A stretch of DNA of 64,000 bases from Octopus vulgaris. Lineage: Eukaryota. A program made the position numbers and the translations under genes. Below, one piece after another: positions 13,073 to 25,678 of the stretch. The notes below the pieces were generated by a model. That model was not told where the DNA came from. It searched no databases and saw only the letters and a list, made by a program, of their open reading frames with translations. The DNA lies in NCBI GenBank assembly GCA_951406725.2, contig OX597819.1:16492001-16556000 (forward strand). Direction: 5' to 3'. Within the stretch, counting starts at the first letter, position 1. Each line of letters begins with the position of its first letter.

Positions 13073-13389
13073 AATACTACTCGAGAACAGTGGTCCCGGT
13101 GCGCGTACTCGCGTACTCGCGCATCCGCGCTAGCTAGTCATGACTAATCGATCCTTACTTTGTGTTTTTGTGTGTTATTTACTTTGTTTAAAAAATTATC
13201 TGCTATGTGTTTTTGTGTTTTATTTATTTTGTTTAACAAAAATTATTTACTTTGTGAAAAAAATTATTTATTTTGTGTTTTATTTACTTAGCTAGATAGT
13301 CGTTCTAGGATCGACTGGTCACGACTAGCTAGCGCGGATGCGCGACTACGCGAGTGCGCGCACCGGGACCACTGTTCTCGAGTAGTACC
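13073..13389. mobile_element. MITE with ~80-bp CpG-rich TIRs, probably Merlin/IS1016-type
   Basis: TACTACTCGAGAACAGTGGTCCCGGTGCGCG... and its near-exact inverse ending GTAGTACC. 9-bp direct repeat TATATACTC at 13064-13072 and 13390-13398; T-rich interior. Confidence 0.75.
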
Positions 13390-13942
13390 TATATACTCTG
13401 CACAGCATCTCGTCCGATTCGCTTCAAAGGTCCGTATTTTTCGATTTCGCACACTCGCACTCACCCACCCACCCACCAAAAAGGCAAATTTGACCGCGAC
13501 GGGATTTGAAATCAGCGCGCAGGGAGTCGGAACACCGCAAGTCAGTCCCATCCGACGTATGAGCTGATGGTGACACTGACGAAGGAGTCTGCGACGTCCC
13601 CCCACCACACTTACACACTTAGCAATCACTTCCTTACATTAAATAAATAAATAAAAACGCGTTATATAATATAATTCTAGCTAGATAGGTTAATCTATGA
13701 AAACAAAGGACGTTCACGACTGGGTTGTCTTTGATTCAGCTGGGGGCAGGACATCTACCTGGGGCTAAACGGCAATAGTTCTGCTTATATAACCAGACAG
13801 ATGTCACGGTGCACTTTTACGAGTCAAAGCAACAAAGGTTAGGAATGTTTATTTTCATTTAACGAAATATGTCTTTCCAAAATTAAAATTTATAACAGAA
13901 CGCAACTCCAATAACAACAACAGTAAATTGTGTATTACTTAC

Positions 13943-14040
13943 ATGCAATGTTACAGAGCAACAAACAGAAAAGCGACGATCGAACCTTTCAAGCGACGCA
14001 AACATGCCGAGCTGCAGCCATGTTTGTTGGTAGTGCTTCA
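13943..14040 (-). other. Probable 5'UTR first exon of the DNAJC4-like gene
   Basis: Locally CpG-containing unique sequence with AAACATGGCTGC (YY1/Kozak-like) ending in a perfect CAT|gtaagt donor. The upstream boundary is approximate. Confidence 0.6.
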
Positions 14041-14100
14041 GAGATTATCTCCCTTGAATTAAATAAGCTTTTCAAAGTTACCTCCCTTGAACCAGTAAGT
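14040..14100 (-). promoter_or_regulatory. Putative core promoter with two AAGGGAG(A/G)TAA motifs
   Basis: ttatctcccttgaa (14045) and agttacctcccttgaa (14076) are repeated directly upstream of the putative first exon. Confidence 0.4.
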
Positions 14101-14134
14101 TAACAGGCAATATACTTTTTCTTTGATATGTAAA

Positions 14135-14340
14135 TATATCGGAGATGTACTTGCATAGCGAGTGACTTGATCTGAGATCGTTGTGCTGGAACGAAAACAA
14201 TTGCAGCGTGGAAGCCATTTAAGAAACACACAAAACCGTTAGATTCACTTCAACATTTAAATTTAGTTTGTCAAAATATTTTCGTCGCTTTGAGACCGCG
14301 ACTTGTTCACGGACAAAACTTCGTGCTGCATCTTCGTGCA
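14135..14340. repeat. Interspersed repeat with hammerhead-like scaffold (Penelope-associated?)
   Basis: Minus strand tttgtc-cgtgaacaa-gtcgc(ggtctcaaa)gcgac-gaaa-atatttt-gacaaa: stem I, stem II and GAAA layout with a non-canonical core. Confidence 0.4.
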
Positions 14341-15149
14341 AGAAAATATGTGGCTGAAGTAGTGAATTGTATGAGACAGATTGTTTACAAGCAGAGAGCA
14401 GAAAAAAAACAAATACAGCTGCGTATCGTGGAGTAAATTCAGAGTGAATTGCTTTAGGTTGAGCAGAGAAGTTGTGGTCGGCGGAGTCTAGGATATCCCC
14501 CCCCCCATGGACAATAACCTCCCCCACCCCAGGACAATGACACCCTGAGGACAACAGATGATGATTTAAAACTTCTTAATATATTGGAGAGGGGGTAATT
14601 AACCAAAGGGAGGAGTAATTGTCCGAGGGGGTACTTGTCCTGATACGGGTCGGCATGATATAAGAATAAAATCTCGGCTCGAATAAACTGGTGGTGGTCT
14701 GCGTCGATAAGAATTGTACTGTGAAGGTGACTGGCGATGACGCGTGTTTTAGTGGTTAGGATGTTGCACTTAGGATCACATTGCTCCAGTCCACTTGGCT
14801 GTAAATGTCTAACCCTGCGACGGAATGATGTTCTGTTCAATAGGAATGTTGTAATCTCGGTCACTCACGTCCCATGGAAACCGGGTGACTATCCCTTTGA
14901 GTTCTAGGACAGTAATGTACAAGGCGTTGATTAGTTTGGATGAGTTGTTATATTGTAGAAAGAAAGTTTCCGAGGATTATCATCAACGATTTTACCAGTT
15001 CTTCACTTTAATGATGACCTCTGCAAGGTCCATTTAGTAGACACGGTCATGTTTTTATATGTGCTTCCGGTTTCAGTAGATAGGGAGGCTTTATGAGATC
15101 CAATCTATTCAATATTACAGTTCCATATCTAAGAGATGAGGAATTATGT

Positions 15150-15755
<606 letters not shown>

Positions 15756-15854
15756 TATTAGTTGTGAAATTCAATTTAATCTTAAGCGCATGCCTTTTAA
15801 ATAATTGCTTATATTATTTATTATTATTATTTATTATATATTATTATAATTGCT

Positions 15855-16110
15855 TAGCTAGGGAGAATGCTTACCTATGAAGCTGACAAAAGGCATTTGC
15901 AATGTTTGACTTAGCATTTAGCGAGAACGGTGTTGTGAAGCAAATGATGTTTCTGTGGACTTTCTTTGTTGGCGATGCAAAGGATGTAGATGAATTTATG
16001 CTTGAATCAACTGGCCTTAACAGCATCGTCATACTTCATGTGACCAGAAGGAATTTACCTGGAACAATTCCAAGTTTTAAATCTTATTTTCTGTACCGCA
16101 AATGTTCGTC
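15855..16110 (-). pseudogene. Penelope-like element ORF remnant (RT thumb/linker region)
   Basis: Minus translation VHRNIICFTTPFSLNAKSNIAN, then after a frameshift FVSFIGKHSP, resembling the Penelope motif RNIIWFNPPFSxNVKTNIGxxFxxLIDKHFP. Confidence 0.65.
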
Positions 16111-16598
16111 GGAGCATCAGCATATCTACATTCATTTACTCATAGCAAAATATTTTCTGTTTGGGAGTTTGACTGAGTCGATTGGGAAGACTGTAAGAAT
16201 AGAGACTTCTTTTATTCATCTTTTATTTAATTTGTGCATAAAAGCACATATATTATCATTAAGTGTGTGTTTACAGAAATTATTTACCTAATTTCTGGAG
16301 GATATCTTATATAAAGCATCAATAACATTTGTATGCATGTTTCCCCTTTATCTGTGTGTGTGTGTGTGACCGCTGAACACTGTGGTAACTGACTTCTGGC
16401 CCTTGTAATACCACTGACCTGACCTGGCTACTATAACGTGGCTGACCACTAGACTTCAGTGTTATTAAACTTCAGCGCAAGTCTGCCATTCCGTATCTAA
16501 ACGGCTGACAGAATAAAAGATACTTCAAGAGCGATAAGAACCTTATTGAAGAAGATTAAAATAAAACACTTTTAGAAACTGTTGACAAGCCTATAATT

Positions 16599-16867
16599 TA
16601 TGGTGTCGGTGGAGAGGACGACAGATAAGGAAGGGCAGAAGTAGGGCTTGCAGGGACCCGGTGCAAGACAGGAGGGCGCATGCACGGGGGAAGCGGAAGC
16701 GGTCAAGGAGCACGCACGTGGGGTGATCAACGAAGGGGCAGTTGAAGTTGAGACGACGAAGCGACTAGACGCATTGACTTTGCTGAGAGAGATCTGATCT
16801 TCGCTGAGGTAAGGCCCGTTGTATTCCCTTCTCTTTTTCTGTTGTCCTCTTCATCCGTCACACTACA
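16599..16867 (+). repeat. 5' LTR
   Basis: Direct repeat of 20517-20785; I count 12 substitutions in 269 bp. Starts TATGGTGT (TG mutated) and ends ACACTACA. Confidence 0.95.
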
Positions 16868-16901
16868 AGCTATTTCGGCATACAAACAAAAAAAAAAACG
16901 A

Positions 16902-17660
16902 ATGATGAGTGCCCGTATTTCGCACGAAATGATAAAACCGTTCTGCGGCGACACAGATATAGTCGCTTGGCTGAAGAAAGTGAAGTTGGTGGCGAAGCTC
17001 CATGGTATAAGTGATCTGGCGAGCTTCATGCCGCTGTACTTGGATGGTCCAGCGTTGGCGCTGTATTTAGAGATGGAGGAGACAGACCAACTCAGCGCGG
17101 GGAAAGTGGAAATCCGGTTGATGGAGGCCTTTGCGGAGGGAATGTTTGAGGCATACGCTCGCCTGGGTAGAACAAGATGGACTGGGCAACAGGTGGACGT
17201 GATCGCCAATGAACTTAGGAGATTGGCTAAACTGGCGGGTTACGAGGGAGAGTCGCTGGACCGGACGGTTAGGTTGGCGTTCGTGACTGGCTTTCCTGAC
17301 AACATGTCGGTCAAGCTACAGCAGCTTCCGAATGTGCATTCGATGCCGATGGCGGACATCATATCTTGGGCACGCGTACTAGTTTCGTGCAGCAGGACGA
17401 CGTCGGTAGCAGCGACTGCAACATCGAAAAGTGGCCGAGCTAGGAGCAGCGGAGAGGGGCCGAAGAAAGAACATGTGCGACCGTTCAAAGGACAGTGTTT
17501 CCGGTGCCAAGGTCCACACATGGTGCGTGACTGCGTGTCACCCAAGCCTGAGGTCATTTGCTACCGGTGTCGAGAACTGGGGCATATAGCCAGCGAATGT
17601 CTGCGGGGAAACGGACTGCGGGAGACTACTGCGCCGGTAGTTGTTCCTTCGGATCAGTAG
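16902..17660 (+). CDS. gag: Retrotransposon Gag (intact ORF)
   Basis: ATG at 16902; capsid-like region IVAWLKKVKLVAKL...LYLDGPAL; Zn knuckles CFRCQGPHMVRDC and CYRCRELGHIASEC. Confidence 0.9.
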   Translation: MMSARISHEMIKPFCGDTDIVAWLKKVKLVAKLHGISDLASFMPLYLDGPALALYLEMEETDQLSAGKVEIRLMEAFAEGMFEAYARLGRTRWTGQQVDVIANELRRLAKLAGYEGESLDRTVRLAFVTGFPDNMSVKLQQLPNVHSMPMADIISWARVLVSCSRTTSVAATATSKSGRARSSGEGPKKEHVRPFKGQCFRCQGPHMVRDCVSPKPEVICYRCRELGHIASECLRGNGLRETTAPVVVPSDQ

Positions 17661-20450
17661 AGGCGCGTTTATCATCGCTACCTGTGGTCGACATTCTGGT
17701 GGAGGGGAAGATGACGCGAGCCCTTGTGGACACGGGCTGCACGACAACCCTGATGACTACAGAAGTGGCAGAGACGTGGAGCGGAGAAAGCAGTGTTAGA
17801 GCTGTCGACGGAAGAGAAGTACACTGCGAAGGGGTTACAGATGCGTGGATTGTAGTGCAGGGACTACAGCTGACGCTGCGAGCGATTCTGGTTGGTCAGT
17901 TGGTGGACGAGATCGACGTGGTGATGGGGATGGATGCAATCAGCCGCTTGGGAGGTGTCACCGTTAATGAGGCTGGTGTAACATTTGGGTTAGCGGGGGA
18001 ACCATGTAGGGCGAGACCATGCACCGGCGACAACCGTGAGGAAAAGCATGCTGCGCACACCATTGAAGACCAGGATTTTCGGGCTGTCTTTGATGGCAAG
18101 AGGTGGACAGTAGAGTGGCACTGGAAGGGAGAGAATAAAGTGGGCTGCTATCAGCATACTCTAAAAGGAGATGCCAGAAGTGAGTTCGAGGGGGAGGTGG
18201 AGCGGTGGATTAAGGAGGGCATATTGATCCCTTGGGAAAAAGAAGAGAGCGGAGTCCTGCCACTGATGGCGGTGATACAGCTCACAAAGCATAAGGTCAG
18301 GTTGACTTCCGAGAGCTGAATGACCACGTATCGTGTCATACAGGCGGCGAGGCCACGGATGTCTGCGGAGACACCTTGCGAGAGTGGAGGCAGATGACAG
18401 GGGCCTCCACGATTGTTGATTTGAAGTCGGCATACCTACAGGTGCATGTGGCTGAGAAATTGTGGAAGTACCAGCTCGTCAGGTATAAGGGCCGGACGTA
18501 CTGTCTGACCAGGTTGGGGTTCGGGCTGAATTCAGCGCCAAAGATTATGGCAACAATTCTCAAGGCCATCCTGGGAAAGGTGGACAGAATAAAAAGGGCC
18601 ACCAATTCGTACATCGATGACATTCTGGTGGATGAAACCGTAATACCAGCAACGGAGGTCATAGGCCACCTGAAGAGTTTTGGACTGATCGCCAAGCCAC
18701 CAGAGGCAATGGAGGGAGGTGCTGCACTGGGCCTCAAGCTATGGAGAGACAAGGCCGGTGCGTTGGTGTTCCGGCGAGGGAATGAGGTCCCTGAACTGGG
18801 CGCCAGCATGAGTAGACGGGAACTGTTCTCTGTGTGTGGAAAGCTGGTGGGACACTACCCGATTGCAGGTTGGCTCCGGACAGCATGTAGCTTCATCAAG
18901 AGACGAGCCGAAGGAGTGAAGTGGAATGAGTTGGGGAGAAGACGATCGACATAATGCAGGAAGTCTTGGTCAGAGTAGGAGCAGAGGACCCAGTGAGGGG
19001 CAGCTGGTATGTTCCCAAATCAAAGAGCGGGATTGTATGGTGTGACTCCAGTAGCATCGCAACAGGGGTTGTCTTAGAAGTGGGAGGTGTCATGGTGGAA
19101 GATGCAGCCTGGCTCAGGAAGACGGATGACTGCAATCATATCAATGTGGCGGAGTTGGATGCCGTGTTGAAGGGGGTGAACCTAGCCTTGAAGTGGGGGT
19201 TGCACTCCATAGAAATCAGGACTGATTCGGCCACTGTACTTGGCTGGGTGACAGCAGTCATCACCAATGAGCGGAGGGTGCGGACCAAAGGGGCTGCAGA
19301 GATGCTGGTAATGCGTCGATTGGGAATACTGCGTTCAATCTGAAGCTGAGCGTGATCTTTGTGCCTTCCGAGAAGAACAAGGCAGACGTCCTGACCAGGG
19401 TAAAGCGAGCCTGGTTGCAGGTGCCAGAGGATGCGAAGCAGGCTGTAGCTGCAGTATGCCGTCTGAGCGACTCGGAGTTGCGGAGACTGCATACCATGCA
19501 TCACATGGGTGTGGACAGGACATTGTTCCTAGCCAGAAAAGTTGACTCCGATGTAACAAGACAGAGCGTGCAGAGTGGTTAGCTGTTGTGACAGGTGCCA
19601 GTCCATCGACCCTGCTCCGGGCGTACATGAAGCGGGAAGTATTCCAGTGGACCATGACTGGAAACGACTGGCGGTGGACATAACACAATACCGGCAGGGG
19701 ACATACCTCTCAATGGTTGACTGCGGACCGGAGCGGTTGGCCATATGGAGGGAGATAAAGACGGGGACTGCAGAAGAAATTGTGAAAGTATTGAATGAGA
19801 TATTCCTGGAACGAGGCCCCGTGGATGAACTGCTTCTGGATAATGGCACTGTATTTCGCTCGGATGTGCTTGATGGGTGGAAGGTCAACTGCTTCTTCAG
19901 GGCGGCATACCGGCCAAGTGGAAATGGGGTGGTGGAAAGGCATCCTCGTACCATCAAGGCCATGGCAGAGAGGGGTCACATTTCACCAATCGAGGCTGTA
20001 TTTTGGTACAATATGTCGCCCAGATCAGGACAGGCTGAGGAGTCGGTGCCACACAGGGCGATATTCAGGTACGAATGGAGGCATCCGTGTACTGCATCAA
20101 TGCGACCCGGGGCAGAGGAAAAGCACGCCTTCGTGCAGGTTGGGGAAGAAGTTTGGGTAAAACCCCCAAACGCACGGTGTATATCACAATGGGGAAAGGG
20201 GACAATAACCTCTGTAAATTCAAAGAATAACATCTTGGTCGATGGTATGTCACGCCACGTTTTGGATATACGGAGAATTGTCAATGCCTCAGAGGATGGG
20301 ACCAGCAGCAGCGGGCAAGATGAAAACAACACCAGTAGACAGGATGATGAGGCCAGCGGCAACATGCCAGAAACAAGTCCTAGGGTCGCACTGCGACCAC
20401 AGAGGGAACAGCACCCTCCTCCCTGGTTGGCTGATCATGAAACCAGTTGA
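17606..20450 (+). pseudogene. pol: Retrotransposon Pol (protease, RT, RNase H, integrase) with several frameshifts
   Basis: ALVDTGC (PR); DFRELN, VDLKSAYLQ, LGFGLNSAP, YIDD (RT); WCDSS...HINVAELDAV...RTDS...NKADVLTR (RH); HHMG...CDRC, DITQY, DNGTVF, GNGVVER (IN). Frame breaks near 18300, 18930, 19340 and 19575. Confidence 0.93.
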
Positions 20451-20516
20451 GGTGTGAGTTCGGGAGCGGGGAGCGAGTGAGAAAGCCGGTTTAGTGATCT
20501 GTAGATCAGGGGGGCG

Positions 20517-20785
20517 TGTGGTGTCGGTGGAGAGGACGACAGATAAGGGACGGCGGAAGTAGGGCTTGCAGGGACCCGGTGCAAGACTGGAGGGCGCATG
20601 CGCGGGGGAAGCGGAAGCGGTCAAGGAGCACGCACGTGGGGCGATCAACGAAGGGGCAGTTATAGCTGAGACGACGAAGCGACTAGACGCATTGACTTTG
20701 CTGAGAGAGATTTGATCTTCGCTGAGGTAAGGCCCGTTGTATTTCCTTCTCTTTTTCTGTTGTCCTCTTCATCCGTCACACTACA
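20517..20785 (+). repeat. 3' LTR
   Basis: TGTGGTGT...ACACTACA with near-perfect terminal inverted repeat; preceded by the G-rich PPT. Confidence 0.95.
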
Positions 20786-21119
20786 TAGCCTAAAAGCAAA
20801 CACATTTGTTTCCTTTTTGGTTTGTTTACCTGGTTCTTTGGTTTTTATTCTTTATTCTTTTCATTCTTCTTATTAACCAGCTTGTTTTGCTTTCATTCTC
20901 TTGTAAGATGCAAACATAGTCCAGTAAACACGCCCAAGTCAATCTAGGTATAAATTATCGATAATTTAAATATCGACAGCAAATTAATTTTATACCTAAT
21001 TCTGCTGCGTTGAGTGCGAGACATCGTGAATAAATTGTTGCGTATATTATTGCTTAATATATCGATATTCATGAGATCGAATTTCAATCAAACTATTGAA
21101 AATTGATGCAATAAAAGAG

Positions 21120-22693
21120 ACTCCAAGAGACAAGTTGGAAGTTCATATTGGTGCTATGCCTAGTGTGCCATATATTTGGTTTTGTATTTAGTGTTGTACT
21201 AGTGAATGCCTAAAAAAACCATACGAAAATTATGTTTGTTTTAAAACTTGAGATTACATAGAAAGTATTTTGCGTAGGATATGAGCAGTTCCCATGAGCA
21301 CTATCTTTTGAATTTCTGCCATTTTTGGGTTTCCTGGTATCTGAGTTAGGTAGCAATCAGCCCCTTTTGCTATCATTCCCAGGGCACCTATGACAACAGG
21401 TATTGTTTTAGTCTTCAGGTTCCACATTTTGCTGATTTCTATTTCAAGATCTTTATATTTGCTCAGTTTTTGGTAGGTCTGGACAGATACGTTTATATCG
21501 ATTGGGACAGTCATATCAATGAGAAGGCATGTTTTTGTCTGAAGTCTTTCAATATGATGTCTGGCCTATTCGCATCTATCTTTCTGTCAGTTTGAATGGT
21601 GAAGTTCCAGAGGAGTGAGATGTGGTCATTTTCAAGCACTGGAGGTGGTTTGTGTTCCCACCAGTTTTTATCATGGGGCAAATCCAGGTTTTTGCAAATT
21701 ACCCAGTGAATATATTGTGCAGCTCTATCATGCCTGTTGAGATACTCTGTAGGCGCAAGAAGACTGCACTTGGAGACAACATGATCAATGGTTTCATTTT
21801 GTTGTTGACATACACGACATGTTGAGCTACTGCCGTTCTTTAATATGTTGGCCTGGTAGTTCCTTGTAGGTAGGCATTGATCTTGAGCTGCTATGATAAA
21901 CCCTTCTGTTTCAGATTTTAAGCCAGAGGCCATTAGCCATTGATGGGTCAGGGCTTTGTCAACATCTGCATTATTCGCTCTCTTTGGGTATTTGCCATTG
22001 AGAGGTTTTTCTTGCCATTTATCATTCAGAATATCTAAGGCAGCAGTTTTAGCACGGGTTTTCATGCGCTTAGCTTTTTCTGTGCTTTTTCTTGTATGTC
22101 TAATTCCGGAATTTGTTGTATTTGGAATTCACTTAGATATTCCTTTGCCTGTTTTGTTACTGAGTATGATGCTTTCTTGTTTCATGTTTTGAGACAAGTT
22201 TTAACATCCAGTCCTCAGAGTTTTTCAGGTAGGTGTCTAGGCCAATTGTAGCAATCTTCATTGTTATTGCTAGTTGTAAAAGTCCACGGCCTCCCTCTTT
22301 TCTTGGCAGATAAAGTCGTTCTATATCTGCTTTAGGGTGGTGCATTCTATGCATTGTCAACAGTTTTCGTATTTTTCTGTCAAGATTACATATTTCAGTA
22401 ATTGACCAGTTAATTATATTGAAACTGTAAGTCACGACTGGTATGGCTAAAGCATTGATCACTTCGATCCTGTTTCTCGCATTCAGCTCTGTCTTGAGTA
22501 TTGCTCTCGCCCTGCGATAACATTCTCTCCTGATCCTTTCCTTCATCACTGAATGCCTGATTCCGCCCCCTTCAAGTACCCCTAGGTATTTGTAGCTCTC
22601 CCCTGGGTCTACCTCTTATATGACATTCTGCTGGTCAAGGTTAACGTTAGATGTTTCTGTCATTTTTCCTTTGATAAAGGTAGCTTTTGCACA

Positions 22694-22696
<3 letters not shown>
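21120..22696 (-). mobile_element. R4/Dong-clade non-LTR retrotransposon, 5'-truncated (RT end, Zn finger, restriction-like endonuclease)
   Basis: LDRKIRKLLTMHRMHHPKADIERLYLPRKEGGRGL; ETEGFIIAAQDQ; CRVC...ETIDHVVSKC...RHD; RPDII...KLSKYKDL...IPVVIGALG. Frameshifted; the 5' end abuts (TAA)n. Confidence 0.92.
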
Positions 22697-22751
<55 letters not shown>

Positions 22752-22755
22752 TATT

Positions 22756-23895
22756 GTCTTTGCACAGCTTCTAAAGCTGGAGATGTGCTACGGTGCCAGC
22801 TGTTCACTACCTGTGAACTAAGGTAACACCCCTTATTTTTCGAGCACCATCCGGAGTATTCAAGCGGTTCCAAGCAGTGCTGCTTTCTGCAAGTGCTCCA
22901 CCCTTATTGCAGCCCTATTTGTTCCATGTACTTCTCAAGATTTTTACTCACTATTCCCAGGGCTCCGACAATTATTGGTACTACTACCATCTTTTTCATC
23001 GACCACAACTGCTTAACCTCCCAAGCTAACCTGTCATATCTATCGACTTTTCTTTCTTCCTTGTCGCATACCTTGTTGTCAGCTGGGCATGCTATATCTA
23101 TGATCCAGCATAGTTTGCTTTTTTCTCAACACTATGTTTGGTTTCCTATTCTCTGTCTCATGGTTGCACTGAATCATAAAATCCCATGGGATCTTTGCAT
23201 TATCATTTTCGATGATGCCTTCGGGTTTGTGGTCGTACCAATTTTTAGCTCTGTCAAGTCCATACTTGTTGCAAAGTGTCCACTGGACAATCCTTGCTAT
23301 ATTGTCATAACATCTCTTATATTCCTTCTAGGCTTGTGGCGTACATTGGCTGGTTATATGCCATACGGTTTCACCATTTTGTTCACAAATTCTGCACTTA
23401 TCACTTTCTGATGTCTTGTGAATTCTGTATTTGATGTAATTGGTTCTTAATGCTTGCTCTCGGGCTGCATAAATTACAGCCTCCGTTTCCGGTTTTAAAT
23501 CACGTTTAGTCATCCATAGCCATCTTTTTTCTATGTCTGTCTTATCTTCAACATCCCCATGAAATTGTCCATGCATTCTTTTCTTTACCCACCTATTTTT
23601 CAGTTTTATTCATTCTCAAGTGCTTCTACAATGCTTTATCTTTGCAATCTTCCATCCTACACAAGCCTGACTTTCTTACTTCCAATAATAGTAGTTCTGT
23701 GGAATTTTTACATACCATGCTATGTTATTTTGTTTTGCTCTAATGCTGTGTTCACATCCAATAAGTCCTCTTCCCCTATTTTTCATGGTACATATAGTCT
23801 GTCTGTGACAGTTTTGGGGTGTAGTAACCCATATCTAGTTAGCAACTTCCTTGTCTTTCTGTCTAAGCTGTTTAGTTCGTCTACTCTCCAGGCAA
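22756..23895 (-). mobile_element. Second, more decayed R4/Dong-clade LINE 3' fragment (different subfamily) inside (TAA)n
   Basis: LDRKTRKLLTRYGLLHPK...DRLYVP; MHGQF...LKPETEAVIYAAREQALRTNY...CRICEQNGETVWHITSQC; LQKAALLGTA*ILRMVLEK*. (TAA)n on both sides. Confidence 0.9.
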
Positions 23896-23922
23896 TTATT
23901 ACTATTACAATTATCACTAGTC

Positions 23923-24854
<932 letters not shown>

Positions 24855-25217
24855 GGCAGAATCGCAGTCGGTACTTCTTCCAATACTTCCGAGTTCAAAT
24901 TACGCCGTGGCCGATTTTGCCTTTTATCCTTCCGGCACCAATAAAATAAATACCAGTGGAGCACTAGGGAGTCGATGCAATTGACTTATCCGCCTCCCTC
25001 CCTCCCTCCAAAATTCTACAATTTGAAATCATCATCATCATCATCTTCTTCTTCTTCTTCCTCCTCCTTATTTTACAGCCTGTTTCTGCTTTAGTCTCCA
25101 TGCCAAAGTAACTTGTGTGATTCTGATAATGCACGCCATAAATTTCAAGATTTGGATGGGGTGACGAGACGGGGGACACGGTTACACATTAAGGAGTTTT
25201 GTTTGTAACGTGCAGAT

Positions 25218-25273
<56 letters not shown>

Positions 25274-25575
25274 ATAGTAGTAGTAGCAGGAGGAGGAGGA
25301 GGAATACGATTGCTAGTGGTAACCGTGTAGTTAGTCCCTCTACAGCCAGATTTCGCATAAAGCTAATTTTCTTAAACACATGCACACACACTCACTCTCT
25401 CTCTCTCTCTTGCAAATTATGTGTGCGTGTGTGTGTATACAGGCACACATATACATACAATGCATGAATGTATGTTTCTATTTATTTGTATATATGAATA
25501 AACATATATACAAATACATATGCACTGTATATCTATCTACCTACCTATCTGTCTGGTTGTCTGTTTATCTATCTA

Positions 25576-25621
<46 letters not shown>

Positions 25622-25678
25622 GTCTATTTGTCTCTCTCTATCCGTCTGTCTGTCTGTCTGTCTCTCTATCTGTATGTA

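Larger units (their letters stand above)
16599..20785 (+). mobile_element. Full-length (4187 bp) Gypsy/Ty3-like LTR retrotransposon, pol inactivated
   Basis: Two 269-bp LTRs; gag with 2 Zn knuckles; PR-RT-RH-IN order; polypurine tract aggggggcg before the 3' LTR; much more GC-rich than flanks. Confidence 0.97.

Noticed and set aside
16727-20648. Antisense ORFs overlapping the LTR element
   Set aside because: Shadow ORFs of GC-rich gag/pol; no domain recognised.
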